From assembly GCA_016209525.1 (NCBI GenBank), contig JACQWK010000220.1:32842-96841 (forward strand): a stretch of 64,000 bases of DNA, in the 5' to 3' direction. The first letter of the stretch is position 1, and every line of letters begins with the position of its first letter. The stretch is from Verrucomicrobiota bacterium (lineage in GTDB: Bacteria; Verrucomicrobiota; Verrucomicrobiia; Limisphaerales; SIBE01). Shown in pieces: positions 1 to 10,251 of this stretch. Below the pieces are notes generated by a model. That model saw nothing but the letters and a program-made list of their open reading frames with translations. It had not been told where the DNA came from and searched no databases. The translations under genes and the position numbers were made by a program.

Positions 1-1635
1 TTTGTGGACTGATGGTCGCCGCAAGTCCGCGTCGATCAGCAGCGTCTTCAACCCGGTCTGGGCCGTCACGATCGCGAGGTTGGAGGCAACCAAAGACTTG
101 CCTTCGGACGGAATGGTGCTGGTGATCGCCAAAGTGCGAAAAGTTTCCGGCTTTTGGCTGAGGGAAATCGTCGCCCGAATGGTACGAAATCCCTCCGCTG
201 CGTTCGATTGCGGATGCAGGTGCGCCTGTAAATCGCGTTCGACGACGCTGTTGGTCTTGATGTTCGGGACGTAGCCCAAAAACGGCAATCGGAGATACGT
301 TTCCACGTCGTCCTGGCTCTTGATCGAGTCATCCAGGTAATTGACGAAGAACGCCAAACCTAAGGCCACGCCCAAACCGCCGATCACGCCAAGAAAGATG
401 GTCAGCATGACACGCGGCTTGACTGGTCTCAGCGGCACGTCTGCAGGATAGACCACACTAATATTGTTGATTTTGTTGCGAGCGGTCAGCTCCATCTCGT
501 TGATCTTGGCCAAAACAGCTTTGTAAAGCTGTTCCTTTTCTTGGGACTCGCGCTTTAGTATGTCGTACCCAACGCGCAATTCTCTCAAATCGAGTTGCGC
601 CCGTTCTTGGTCTTGCTTCAGCTTCCACAAAGTTTCCTCCTCCGTTCTCGTCATCTGCGCTTTGAGACGAAGGGCTTCCAGGAGTATCTTCGCTTGATTG
701 GTCAGGGAGTTTTGCAGGGACAAGACTTCTTTTTCGGCCTCCAGATAAGTGGGATGCTTATGCAGGTATCGCGTTTTGATCGCCGCAAACTTTGACTCCG
801 CCGTGGCTAGGTCCTTCTTCAATTGTTGAATGGCCACGTTTTCGGCGACTTGAGGCAAGGTATCAAGCGGGACGCCGGCGACCAAAAACCGATCGACCTG
901 CTGAACCACGTTCGAAGCGGCCTCAGCCTCTGCTTTGGCTCTGGCATAGTGCTCCTGGAATTGCTTCAACCCTTGGAGCACGATGTTCTCGCCCTCTTCG
1001 AAGGAAACCGTCTTGTTCGTCTGGGCATACCCTTGGAGCTTTTGCTCCGCCTTCTGCAGGTCCTCCCGCTGCTTCACGATTTCGTCCTCCAGGCGCCGAA
1101 CGACATCCAACGCATTCGTCATCTTCTGGTCGAGGTTGCGTTGCATGAAATTCGTCGCCCAACTATTGGCGATTCTGGCAGCTTGGATTTTGTCCGGATG
1201 CTCCGCGCTGATATCGACCAGGCGGCTCAACCGAATCGGCGCCACCTGAAGATCGCCGACGAGCGCGGATACTTGGTCTAAGCTTCTCCTGTAGCGGTCA
1301 TCATCATTCAATCCAAGTTGGTTGAAAACGGAGCGAATGAGCGTCCGGCTCAGGAGGTTCTTGTATTGCGTCTGGAGATAATCTTGCTCCTGCCGCGCCA
1401 GCGTAATCCCCTCAACCCGCAGAATGTTCTCGCTTTCCGGATCAATCTGCAGCCGAGCCGTCGCGCGATGAATCGGCGTGGCCTTGAACAGGTAGATGAG
1501 GCTCAGCACGAACACGGAAATGAACGCCGTCAAGATCAACCAGCGTCGCTCCAAGATGACGTGCCAATAATGGCGCAGATTGATCGTATCTTCCTGTCCG
1601 GTCGGGTTCAGCGGGTTTAAGTTTTCGCTATCCAT
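1..1635 (-). CDS. Exopolysaccharide co-polymerase / tyrosine autokinase (Wzc/GumC/EpsG-type), 3' end runs off the window
   Basis: Not in the ORF track because there is no stop in the window. Manual minus-strand translation from ATG 1635..1633 stays open for all 545 codons to nt 1. It begins MDSENLNPLNPTGQEDTINLRHYWHVILERRWLILTAFISVFVLSLIYLF (Wzz-type TM), followed by a long coiled-coil and a second TM (VMLTIFLGVIGGLGVALGLAFFV). It then shows Walker-A-like ITSTIPSEGKS and DADLRRPSVHK, typical of BY-kinases. It starts 12 nt downstream of the Wza-like gene. Confidence 0.85.
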   Translation of the reverse strand, partial: MDSENLNPLNPTGQEDTINLRHYWHVILERRWLILTAFISVFVLSLIYLFKATPIHRATARLQIDPESENILRVEGITLARQEQDYLQTQYKNLLSRTLIRSVFNQLGLNDDDRYRRSLDQVSALVGDLQVAPIRLSRLVDISAEHPDKIQAARIANSWATNFMQRNLDQKMTNALDVVRRLEDEIVKQREDLQKAEQKLQGYAQTNKTVSFEEGENIVLQGLKQFQEHYARAKAEAEAASNVVQQVDRFLVAGVPLDTLPQVAENVAIQQLKKDLATAESKFAAIKTRYLHKHPTYLEAEKEVLSLQNSLTNQAKILLEALRLKAQMTRTEEETLWKLKQDQERAQLDLRELRVGYDILKRESQEKEQLYKAVLAKINEMELTARNKINNISVVYPADVPLRPVKPRVMLTIFLGVIGGLGVALGLAFFVNYLDDSIKSQDDVETYLRLPFLGYVPNIKTNSVVERDLQAHLHPQSNAAEGFRTIRATISLSQKPETFRTLAITSTIPSEGKSLVASNLAIVTAQTGLKTLLIDADLRRPSVHK

Positions 1636-1647
1636 ACAAACGGCGGG

Positions 1648-2223
1648 CTAAAAAATCCTCTCAGGAACGTAAACGATGTCGCCGGGTTCCAGCCAAACTT
1701 TTTTCCGTGGATCCGACACTTTTCGCAATTCATCGAATTTATAGGTCGTGGTTTGACCATTTCGAGTAAGTTGGATTTTGTTTTTGTTCGCGTTGGACGT
1801 GAAACCTCCCGCCTCGGCGATTGCCTCCACAATATCCATCTGCTTCTCGCCGGGCAACTTGATTGGGCCAACCCTTCCCGCGACCTCTCCCAACACGGCC
1901 ACCGTCCAGCGCGTGTATTCCTTGACGTTCACGCTCACCTGCGCGGTGACTAAGTAGTCTTTCTCGAGCTTTTCCTTGAGTTCAGTGACAACCTGAAGAG
2001 TGGTTTTGCCGGCCACCTCCACATTGCCAAGGAAAGGGTAAACAATCGTGCCACCGGCTTCCACTCGTCGCTCGACGGAAAAGTCTTTCTCGCCAAACAC
2101 CTCAACGATGATCGTATCCGCCGCGGCGATCTTACGATCGACTTCGTCCGCGCCTAGGGCGGGGCATGACCAAAGAACAAGCGATAGGAACATGAGTTTC
2201 TCTGCGTCGAATCCGGTCTTCAT
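1648..2223 (-). CDS. Polysaccharide export protein (Wza-like, Poly_export + SLBB)
   Basis: ORF 1648..2244; likely start is ATG 2223, giving signal peptide MKTGFDAEKLMFLSLVLWSCPALG. Motifs: IIVEVFGEKDFS..GGTIVYPFLGNVEVAGKT and SLBB-like VAVLGEVAGRVGPIKLPGEKQMDIVEAIAEAGGF. Confidence 0.85.
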   Translation of the reverse strand: MKTGFDAEKLMFLSLVLWSCPALGADEVDRKIAAADTIIVEVFGEKDFSVERRVEAGGTIVYPFLGNVEVAGKTTLQVVTELKEKLEKDYLVTAQVSVNVKEYTRWTVAVLGEVAGRVGPIKLPGEKQMDIVEAIAEAGGFTSNANKNKIQLTRNGQTTTYKFDELRKVSDPRKKVWLEPGDIVYVPERIF

Positions 2224-2233
2224 AATTCTGATC

Positions 2234-3547
2234 CTAGTAACCAATCGCCACGCTCACGGTGACCCGGTTTATGTCATAATCAGCTCCGCCACCCGCTCCC
2301 GAGCGAATGCTGTCCCAGGCATAACCCAAGTTCGCACTCAACCACAGTTGAATCCGATACGCCAGCCTAAAATAGGCCGAATATTGGTCATACCCGCGTT
2401 GAGAGCCAGCGTCCGTCGACAGATAGTCGAACATGCCGAAGCGACCGCCCACAGTGGTCCTCCATTTGTGCGAGGAACCGAGGACTTGATCCCACTGGGT
2501 CGAAACCACGTTCGCTGTGTACGATTGTCTCCCGTATTGAATGGAGACATCGTGAAGCCTTGCAAACGAGAGCGAAACCAGGCCCTTTTCCGTCGATCGG
2601 TAGCTCAGTGCCACATCCGCAACCGGTGAACTCGGCGCTGTAGTATTGTCGCTAAACTTACGAGTTTCGTAACCTACTTTCACCGTGCCCGATAGTCTCG
2701 GTGTGAAACTCCCTCGGGCGCCCAAGGCTCCCCCAATGATTTCAACGTGGGGATTCTTTCGTTCGGGGAAGTTCGGCGTCGTCGCAGTCTGCCCGTAGGA
2801 AACATCGCCGAAGAACGCGACTTTAGGAAATGCCTGGAAGGCGAACCCTCCCGTGGCCCGCAGCGTGTTGATGTCATAGAGTCCGATCCCTTGCTCGTAA
2901 TCAGTCGTCGCGTGCTGTCCTTGAAGGTAAACGCCAGTCTTCTCGCTCAGGCCATAGCCCAGGCTGTAGTTGTCAGAAAAACTGTTCCGATCAACATTCC
3001 GGTCAGCGATTGCCGAAATGACTTCCGGCCCTCGAACTGAACCGGGAAGCTCGCTTCCGACCGGCGGGGTTGTCCCACCCCCCGGAGCGGGCACGGATTC
3101 GACCGGTTCGAACACGGTTACATATTCTGTAACCAGGCCCACCGGACTCGAAAGCAGTTGCACGTTGTCATATCCACTCAATACCAGCCGTTCGCCTTGG
3201 ATCCTGCTCCTCAGTCCGAAGCTATGCTCGCCCGCGTTTAAATCACCGCGATCAAGATAGAAGTGTTGACCAAAACTGTAATCCAGCGCTATGAAGTTGT
3301 TCGCCGCTCTGCCGAACTGGATATTCAATCCCGGGCTGATCGTTGTGATCAGATCTCCCTCGCCCTCCTCCTGGGAGAAGATGTTGTTGTTGTACTCCTC
3401 TGAGACCGAAAGCCTGGGGCGCAGGAGCAAGGGACCTTTACTGAACAGCAAATAGTCGGCCGCCTCGGCCGCCGCCAGCCCAACCGGACAGGCTAAGAAA
3501 CCAACGGCCAGGACGGACAGGAGTTTCCGCGGACGGCGATCCAACAT
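2234..3547 (-). CDS. Outer-membrane beta-barrel protein of the EPS export locus
   Basis: ORF 2234..3637; signal peptide from ATG 3547 (MLDRRPRKLLSVLAVGFLACPVGLAAAEA). Amphipathic beta-strand pattern throughout and an aromatic C-terminus (..VTVSVAIGY). Confidence 0.7.
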   Translation of the reverse strand: MLDRRPRKLLSVLAVGFLACPVGLAAAEAADYLLFSKGPLLLRPRLSVSEEYNNNIFSQEEGEGDLITTISPGLNIQFGRAANNFIALDYSFGQHFYLDRGDLNAGEHSFGLRSRIQGERLVLSGYDNVQLLSSPVGLVTEYVTVFEPVESVPAPGGGTTPPVGSELPGSVRGPEVISAIADRNVDRNSFSDNYSLGYGLSEKTGVYLQGQHATTDYEQGIGLYDINTLRATGGFAFQAFPKVAFFGDVSYGQTATTPNFPERKNPHVEIIGGALGARGSFTPRLSGTVKVGYETRKFSDNTTAPSSPVADVALSYRSTEKGLVSLSFARLHDVSIQYGRQSYTANVVSTQWDQVLGSSHKWRTTVGGRFGMFDYLSTDAGSQRGYDQYSAYFRLAYRIQLWLSANLGYAWDSIRSGAGGGADYDINRVTVSVAIGY

Positions 3548-3786
3548 GCGGGGGTGCGTTGGAAGTGCTCTAGAGGCCGCGCCATCGGCTCTCCTGAGGA
3601 TTTCCAGGGTGCCCTTGGCCGTATTCAGTTCCTTCAAGTCTCATCCTCACGACTGAATACCGTTTTTCTGAACCGTCTGTCGAGCAGACTTTTCAGCCAC
3701 AGAATTTTCTCGCCTAGGCGAGCCGCGAACTTTAGATTGCTTTGAGCTACAAGCAAGGCGCTCTGCCTTGTGTGGAAAGGTTGACG

Positions 3787-4671
3787 ATGAACACGATGCC
3801 ATGCTCTTCACTCGGCTCTCCTCGCGAAGGCAACGCAGCAAAATCGCCATTAACGATCCCCTCGGAGCACTTGACGCCCAACCTTGTTCCTGCCTTCACG
3901 CTGATTGAGCTGTTGGTCGTGATCGCTATCATAGCGATTCTCGCTAGCATGCTCCTGCCTGCCCTCGCCAAGGCGAAGTCCAAAGCCCAGCAAACGGCCT
4001 GCCTCAACAACATGCGCCAACTCGGCATCGCGACTGTGAGCTATGTGCATGACAACGGCAAGTACCCCGGCACTCTCTTCGCCCAAGGAGGCTTCAGATA
4101 TGTCTGGCCTCCCAGGCTCTTCACCCAAATGGGCACGAACCGGACGGTGTTTTCCTGCCCGGCCGCCAGGCCTGAAAGCCGGTGGGACACGAATGTCAAC
4201 AAGACCCTTGGCGCGCCTAATCTTTATGGCGGCGGCAGAGATCCATGGGGGATCAGCGAAACCGCTCTCTTTTCCATCGGCTACAACGATTGGGGGGCTT
4301 TCCCTGCGTTCTCCGACAAAGGTCTGGGCGGCGACGTGGACACCCTTACTTATGAGGTCAAAGAGGCGGCCGTTAGAATGCCTTCCGAAATGATCATGCT
4401 GGCCGACAGCATGCCTGGCGACGGCAGCGCCAAACCCACCCGAGGAGCCTTCGACGGAAATGTTGATCCTACGACGCGTTCCGAGTGGCCCTCCAGCCGC
4501 CATAATCGCCGCACGGTCCTCATGTTCTGTGATGGCCACGCCGAAGCCGCCTTCCGCAGAGACGTGATCGATCCCAGAAATGAAAAATGGCACCGCCGCT
4601 GGAATAATGACAATTCAACGGCAGGCACTTGGTCGGTTAATGCCGCGGACGCCAACAAGCTGGATCCGTAG
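3787..4671 (+). CDS. Prepilin-type N-terminal cleavage/methylation domain protein with H-X9-DG C-terminal motif (DUF1559-like)
   Basis: N-terminal [44 protein letters not shown] and C-terminal [13 protein letters not shown] (H-X9-DG). Start is uncertain (TTG 3742 or ATG 3787). Confidence 0.85.
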   Translation: MNTMPCSSLGSPREGNAAKSPLTIPSEHLTPNLVPAFTLIELLVVIAIIAILASMLLPALAKAKSKAQQTACLNNMRQLGIATVSYVHDNGKYPGTLFAQGGFRYVWPPRLFTQMGTNRTVFSCPAARPESRWDTNVNKTLGAPNLYGGGRDPWGISETALFSIGYNDWGAFPAFSDKGLGGDVDTLTYEVKEAAVRMPSEMIMLADSMPGDGSAKPTRGAFDGNVDPTTRSEWPSSRHNRRTVLMFCDGHAEAAFRRDVIDPRNEKWHRRWNNDNSTAGTWSVNAADANKLDP

Positions 4672-4780
4672 CAGCCGACATGAGGAGGCTCTGACTTCCT
4701 GATGCTTTGGAAAACGACAGAGCCGGAGTAATGGAGCAGCGAAGTGCCGGAGTGTTGAAAAGCCCAACAGTCCGCACTCC
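4668..4780. repeat. REP-like elements between convergent prepilin genes
   Basis: Half-copy GTAGCAGCCGACATGAGGAGGC (4668-4689, includes the stop codon of the 3787..4671 gene). GGAGT-type hairpin cluster GGAGTAATGGAGCAGCGAAGTGCCGGAGTGTTGAAAAGCCCAACAGTCCGCACTCC (4725-4780). Confidence 0.6.
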
Positions 4781-4901
4781 ACGAGATCTCATGCTGTTTT
4801 CGCCAATGAGGGAGCTCTGCCACTGGGATGGGAACTTCTGAGGCCCCCGATCTCCCCGGCGTAATTGCTTTCCTTTGCGATTCTCGACTCGCGAGACCCG
4901 T

Positions 4902-5861
4902 TTACTTTCCCGGGATTTTGCTCGTCGCACGCTGTTGAAGCCAGACCACGTCTTTATTATTCGGAGAAGCGACGTTCAAGGGAATGGTTTGACCTTTCCT
5001 CAGCTTCGGAGTCGTGCGTGGATCAAGCCACTTCTTGATCTCCGCGTGACCATCGGCGAAGGAAAATCCAGCCGCCCCATTGTGGTAGCTCGCTGGATAA
5101 TCGACAATCTGGGTCACGGCCGGATTGGGATACCCACTCATCTGCGTGACCCAGAATCCATCGTTTATGCTGTCCTCGCGTTCATCCATCAGCACCCAGG
5201 TTTGAGAGGGCCCAGGATCCGTCATGTGGCTGAGCTTCCTAAACACGGTCCAAATCCCGGCAGGCCACCCGTCCTGTGTGGGTCCGGGCAAGAAAGCCAG
5301 CTCTCCATTCCCTCCGACAAAGTTGTTCATCGACATACTCCTCACTCGAGGCACCATCCGGCCTTGGAAAGGGCCCGAAGTCGGTTTTACCATGCTCTGG
5401 TCCGCCGGGCATTTGAAAATCCCGGCCGATCCACCGCAATAGGGCCAGAGAGGACCTTTTTGAATGTCGCGACTGACGTCCCGGTTCGAGGCATTGCCGC
5501 CATCGAAGTTCAGCGAACTGGTTCCCACAAAACCATGCCTAGACCCGTAACCATGGACAACTTCCTCGTCGTCGTCCTCGGCGTACATTCTCCAAGCCAG
5601 CATCATCTGCTTGTTGTTATTCATGCACATGATGCCTTGCCCTTTGGCTTTCGACTTCGCCAAGGCAGGCAGAAGCATGCCCGCAAGAATCGCGATGATG
5701 GCGATCACCACTAGCAATTCAATCAAAGTGAAGGCTTCACGCCCAACGGGGAGGAAATTGCTCCGGGTCGTCGGTAATGGCAGTGGCGGGCATCCCCGCC
5801 TTCCGTAGAGCCGGGGCGTCTCGCGCGGAGCAGGCGGGTCGGAAGAATTCAGGTTGTTCAT
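4902..5861 (-). CDS. Prepilin-type N-terminal cleavage/methylation domain protein with H-X9-DG motif
   Basis: [42 protein letters not shown] and HNGAAGFSFADGHAEIKKW. ORF runs 4902..5948; likely start is ATG 5861. Confidence 0.85.
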   Translation of the reverse strand: MNNLNSSDPPAPRETPRLYGRRGCPPLPLPTTRSNFLPVGREAFTLIELLVVIAIIAILAGMLLPALAKSKAKGQGIMCMNNNKQMMLAWRMYAEDDDEEVVHGYGSRHGFVGTSSLNFDGGNASNRDVSRDIQKGPLWPYCGGSAGIFKCPADQSMVKPTSGPFQGRMVPRVRSMSMNNFVGGNGELAFLPGPTQDGWPAGIWTVFRKLSHMTDPGPSQTWVLMDEREDSINDGFWVTQMSGYPNPAVTQIVDYPASYHNGAAGFSFADGHAEIKKWLDPRTTPKLRKGQTIPLNVASPNNKDVVWLQQRATSKIPGK

Positions 5862-5951
5862 ACCACTTGTCCGGTGCGTCTGCCGGTTTCCCTGATTGCC
5901 CCTGGCGTGTGCTACAGTTCGCGCGTCAGGGATTGGTCGCAGGCTCAACCG

Positions 5952-6845
5952 TCATGACTTGTACTTTCGAGTCGTTCGCTCGTAAAGCCACAGGACATCT
6001 GGATTCGGTGGATTGCCTTGGTTGACACCGCTTGGCAGCCCACGCTTAGTCACGGGCGGCATGGTGCGTTTATCCTTCCAGCGCTTGATTTCCGAGTGGC
6101 CATCAGCGAAGGCAAAGCCGCAGGCGTTGTTATGGTAGCTTGCTGGGACATCAGGCAGTTTGGCCTGCGCGGGATTCGGGTACCCGTTCATGTCCACACA
6201 GAAGAAGCCGTCATTCATGCTGTCCGGATGCTCATCTACCAAGACCCAAGTCATGCTCGGCCCTGGATCGACCACGTCGGACATTTTGGTGTACTTCCGG
6301 AACTCCGGACCGCCAAACCAAGTCCATTCACCCTGGTTCATGCCCATCCAGGAGTTCATGGAATTGCTTCGGCAGCGCGAGATTGCCTGTCCTTTGAAAG
6401 CCCCGGCGGTCGGGGTCACCGTGTATTTGTCAGCCGGGCACTTGTAGATGGACAACGCCGCCCCGGTGTAGGGCCAGATTGCGCCGTTCTTGATTGTGTT
6501 ATCCACGTCCCAGTTCTGTGAGTTGCCATTCGACCAGTCGAGAATGCCGTGCGTCCAAGCAAACGGATAATTGGGGTTGCTCTTGTCCTCGGGAGCGTAG
6601 GCGAACGGTAGCCTATCGTTGTTGTCGTCCACGTACATCTTCCAAGCCGTCATCAGTTGCTTGGTGTTGTTCATGCACGCGATACCCTGGCCTTTGGCTT
6701 TCGCCTTGCTCATGGCGGGCAGCAACATCCCCGCCAAAATCGCGATGATGGCGATCACCACCAAGAGTTCGATCAGAGTGAAACCGCCGATGAGATGTGC
6801 TTTACAGGATCCGCCTTGCCACGAGTTGGGTTTGTTGAGCCGCAT
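5952..6845 (-). CDS. Prepilin-type N-terminal cleavage/methylation domain protein with H-X9-DG motif
   Basis: [43 protein letters not shown] and [19 protein letters not shown]. Tandem paralogue of 4902..5861. Confidence 0.9.
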   Translation of the reverse strand: MRLNKPNSWQGGSCKAHLIGGFTLIELLVVIAIIAILAGMLLPAMSKAKAKGQGIACMNNTKQLMTAWKMYVDDNNDRLPFAYAPEDKSNPNYPFAWTHGILDWSNGNSQNWDVDNTIKNGAIWPYTGAALSIYKCPADKYTVTPTAGAFKGQAISRCRSNSMNSWMGMNQGEWTWFGGPEFRKYTKMSDVVDPGPSMTWVLVDEHPDSMNDGFFCVDMNGYPNPAQAKLPDVPASYHNNACGFAFADGHSEIKRWKDKRTMPPVTKRGLPSGVNQGNPPNPDVLWLYERTTRKYKS

Positions 6846-6924
6846 ATGAGTCGCCTTTCGGAAAATGGTTTGGTGAATAGACTACGCGTTTCATACCCCA
6901 AAGCCGCGGACACCGCAAGCGTGC

Positions 6925-7125
6925 GTTTGCCCGCACACCGGCCATCGGCGCAGCCGGGGGTAGTTGGCGCGAAGTGGTGTCAGGCGTCCCGCCTGACGTA
7001 GAGGGCGCGCGTCTCGTCGCCCGGCCGTAGCCTCAGACCTAAACGGATGCTTCATTTCTCGCTTCAGCTCCGCCGGGCGAGACGCCCCGGCTCTACGGCG
7101 GGCGGAGACGCCCACCGCTACCCCA
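6925..7125. repeat. REP-rich intergenic block
   Basis: Hairpin GTCAGGCGTCCCGCCTGAC (6979-6997) and paired GAGACGCC motifs (7076-7121). Confidence 0.5.
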
Positions 7126-7152
7126 GACTCGCAGGTGCCATCCGTCTCGTCA

Positions 7153-7722
7153 TTACCCTTTGGTCGATGCAAATCCCAGCCGGTCCCCAATTGTCTGCAT
7201 GGCAGTGATGACGTGGTTGATGTGGTCATCCAGCGGAAGACCGAGAAGTTCCGCCCCCTTCTCGATGTCTTCCCGCTTTACAGCCGCTGCGAAAGATTTT
7301 TGCTTCATTTTCTTCCGCACGCTGCTGGCGGTCATCCCTGTTAGTTTTTCTGGCCGGACGTAGGCGACGGCTGTGACGAAGCCGCAGAGTTCGTCCACGC
7401 CAAATAGAGCCTTCCGAAGCGGCCGATCGCACGGATACTCAGTCTGATTCCAATCGGCGTGGGAAAGGATGGCGCCGATGACTTCCTCGTCCACCCCTTG
7501 CTCACGCAAAATCTTCGCGCCTTCGCGCGTGTGGTCCGGCGGGTTCGGCCAGCGCTCGTAGTCAAAATCGTGGATCAAACCCGTGAGGCTCCACACTTTC
7601 GGATCCTCGCCAAAGTGCGCCGCGTAATGGCGCATGGCCGCCTCCACCGCCAGGGCATGTTTGAGGAGGGATTCGGATTTCGTGTACTCGGTCAATAGGC
7701 TCCATGCTTGGTCGCGTGTCAT
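7153..7722 (-). CDS. HD-domain metal-dependent phosphohydrolase
   Basis: LKHALAVEAAMRHYA .. LTGLIHDFDYERW (H...HD signature); 189 aa. Confidence 0.8.
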   Translation of the reverse strand: MTRDQAWSLLTEYTKSESLLKHALAVEAAMRHYAAHFGEDPKVWSLTGLIHDFDYERWPNPPDHTREGAKILREQGVDEEVIGAILSHADWNQTEYPCDRPLRKALFGVDELCGFVTAVAYVRPEKLTGMTASSVRKKMKQKSFAAAVKREDIEKGAELLGLPLDDHINHVITAMQTIGDRLGFASTKG

Positions 7723-7922
7723 CGGCGTGCCATGGTTGAGTCAATTGGCAGTATGAGTGAGCAGGCAGGGAATTGTCGAGTCCCGCTTTAGTCCCGGTTT
7801 TCGCACTCCGGCCAGCTAAAGCCGGAACGCCGCACCAGCCAAAATGAGAATTGCTGAGTTCTTCAGCCGGCGTGCGGATTTGATGTTGTCTTCCAGTTCC
7901 TCATCGCTTTTCATTCGGCGCA

Positions 7923-8489
7923 ATGACGACGGCGGAAGCTCTCCAACTGTTTCGCGAAACCGGCGCGTTGCTCGAAGGCCATTTCATTCTGCGGAGCGGC
8001 CTTCGCAGCCGCCAGTATTTCCAATGTGCGCTGGCCTTGCAACAGATGCCCATCGTGGAAAAGTTCGGACGCGCCCTGGCGGAGAAGGTCCGCTCGCTGC
8101 AAGCGGCCACGGTGATCTCTCCCGCGATGGGAGGCCTGGTGATTGGGCAGGAAGTCGCGCGGCAACTTGGCCTTCGATTTATCTTCGTCGAAAAAGAAGA
8201 AGGCAAACTCGCGTTACGGCGCGGCTTTCAAATCTCCATCGGCGAAAAGATCCTTGTCGTGGAAGATGTCATCACCAAAGGAGGCCGTGTGCAGGAGACG
8301 ATCAATATCGTCCGCGCTCGTCACGGCAACGTCCTGGCCGTGGCGATGATGGTGGACCGCTCGGACGGCACGGTCGATTTGGGAGTGCCGGTGTTCAGCT
8401 TGATCAAAATGAACGTAGAAACCTTCGAGCCCGATAAATTGCCGCCCGATCTCGCCAAGGTTCCTGCGATCAAACCGGGGAGCAAATGA
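7923..8489 (+). CDS. pyrE: Orotate phosphoribosyltransferase
   Basis: LLEGHFILRSGLRSRQYFQCA .. PRPP-binding loop ILVVEDVITKGGRVQE; 188 aa. Confidence 0.92.
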   Translation: MTTAEALQLFRETGALLEGHFILRSGLRSRQYFQCALALQQMPIVEKFGRALAEKVRSLQAATVISPAMGGLVIGQEVARQLGLRFIFVEKEEGKLALRRGFQISIGEKILVVEDVITKGGRVQETINIVRARHGNVLAVAMMVDRSDGTVDLGVPVFSLIKMNVETFEPDKLPPDLAKVPAIKPGSK

Positions 8490-9876
8490 TGTTTCGACGC
8501 CGCATGAAAGCCTCCGAATCCTTTTCAGTGGCATCCTTTCGTGGCTTCAATGTCAGTTTTATTTTGGGAATTTTTTTCGTCGTTGGCTCCGCAACCGTTC
8601 CCGCCGCCGAACCTTCCACTGGCGCCTCGGCAATGCCTCCCGCCCGCGAGCAATTGCTCGGTCAAGCGCGGCGTTGCCGCGAAATCCTTCGCGAGAGCCT
8701 CGTCGATTTTTACCTGCCCGCTTGCGTCGATAAAACCAACGGCGGTTACCTGGAATCGCTGCGCGACGGCCAATTCACGTTGACCGGCGAAAAATTTCTC
8801 ACGCTGCAAGCCCGCCAGCTTTGGTTCTTCAGCACGCTGGCTATCGAAGGCATCGACAGAGAACGCGCTCAGGCGGCGGCGCGAAGCGGATTCGGCTTTC
8901 TCCAATCCAAAATGCGCGATTCGCAGCACGGCGGATACTTCTCCAAGGATTCAGACGCCGGAGCGCCCGTGGACACACGCAAGCATGCCTATCTGAACTC
9001 ATTTGCCCTCTATGGGCTCACCGCCTATTACCAAGCCACGCGCGACGCGGCTGCGCTCGCGGCGGCCCAGCAGTTGTTTCGCTTGCTCGACTCCAAGGCG
9101 CACGACGACGCGAACGGCGGCTATCTTGAGTTTTTCTATGCGGATTGGCGCCCGGTCACTGATCCGAAGGAACCCGGCTACGTGGGCGCGATCGGCACCA
9201 AGACCTATAACACCCACCTGCACTTGCTCGAATCGTTCGCGGAGTGTATCGCGCCTGGCCCGATCCTCAGGTGCGCCGGCGCGTCGAGGAGCTCATTCAA
9301 ATCAACACCACCACGGTCCGGCATCCTGATTTCAACTGTAACATCGACGGATGGCATCCGGATTGGCGCATGGTGGAAAGCCCGCGCAACCTCCGCGCCA
9401 GCTACGGCCACGACGTCGAGTGCGTATGGCTCGCGCTGGACGCGGCGCGCACGATTGGGTTTTCGCCGCGGCTCTTTCGAAGTTGGGCCGAGTCGCTTTG
9501 GGCGACGAGCCTCAAATTCGGTTACGACCGGCCGCACGGCGGTTTTTATTACACCGGTCCGTTGGGCCAACCCTCTGACGATACGAAGAAGGAATGGTGG
9601 GTCCAAGCCGAGGCGTTGGTCTCGATGCTGGAAATGTATCGTTTGAACGGGAAGCGCGAGTTTTACGATCTGTTCGCTCAAACGCTGGGGTTCGTCGAGA
9701 AATATCAAGTGGCCAAGGAAGGCAGTTGGTGGGCGAGCCGGCAGGCCGACGGTTCTGCGTCCAAGAACACCCAACGCAGTTCGATGTGGCAAGGCGCCTA
9801 TCACAACGGCCGTGCGATGATTCTTTGCGCCAAGTTGCTGGAGGACTTGGCCGCCAACCCTCGTGGGAGCCCCTGA
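8486..9876 (+). pseudogene. N-acylglucosamine 2-epimerase (AGE) family protein with signal peptide, interrupted by a 1-nt frameshift near 9244
   Basis: ORF 8486..9646 reads as AGE-family only up to ..YNTHLHLLESFAE, then turns into Arg/Ala/Ser junk. ORF 9244..9876 in a different frame continues with (V)YRAWPDPQVRRRVEELI..ASYGHDVECVWL..WWVQAEALV..GAYHNGRAMI. Its ATG overlaps the pyrE stop (ATGA). Confidence 0.75.
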
Positions 9877-10166
9877 GCGAGCCCGCAGTACTCTGCGTCC
9901 GGGCCATGGTTTCGGAGCCGAAAGAGGCTCCTCATGAACCTCCAGGTGGGGCGAGACTCCGGTCGAGCCCTGACCACTTTGGAGATTACACGGCTGCCAC
10001 TGTCGTTTAAAACGAAATGTGCCGCCGCTCGCTCGCCAAAGTGTGGCGGGCTTCCAGCCTGCCTCGTTTGGTCAGTTACGCAGCGAAGTTCGCGAACCCG
10101 TGAGCGACTCGCCTGTTGTTGAACCACCGTCTGAATGCCAGCAGGGAAATGGACAAGCCGGGCGTC

Positions 10167-10194
10167 ACTCTCACACTTTGCAAAGTGTGAGAGT
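10167..10194. promoter_or_regulatory. Perfect 28-bp palindrome 58 nt upstream of the UbiD-family start codon
   Basis: ACTCTCACACTTTGCAAAGTGTGAGAGT equals its own reverse complement. Confidence 0.4.
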
Positions 10195-10251
10195 CGTTGC
10201 CAGTGCGCCCGACGTTGCTTGGCCGGCGCGTCCTGCTAATCTTGCCGCGCT

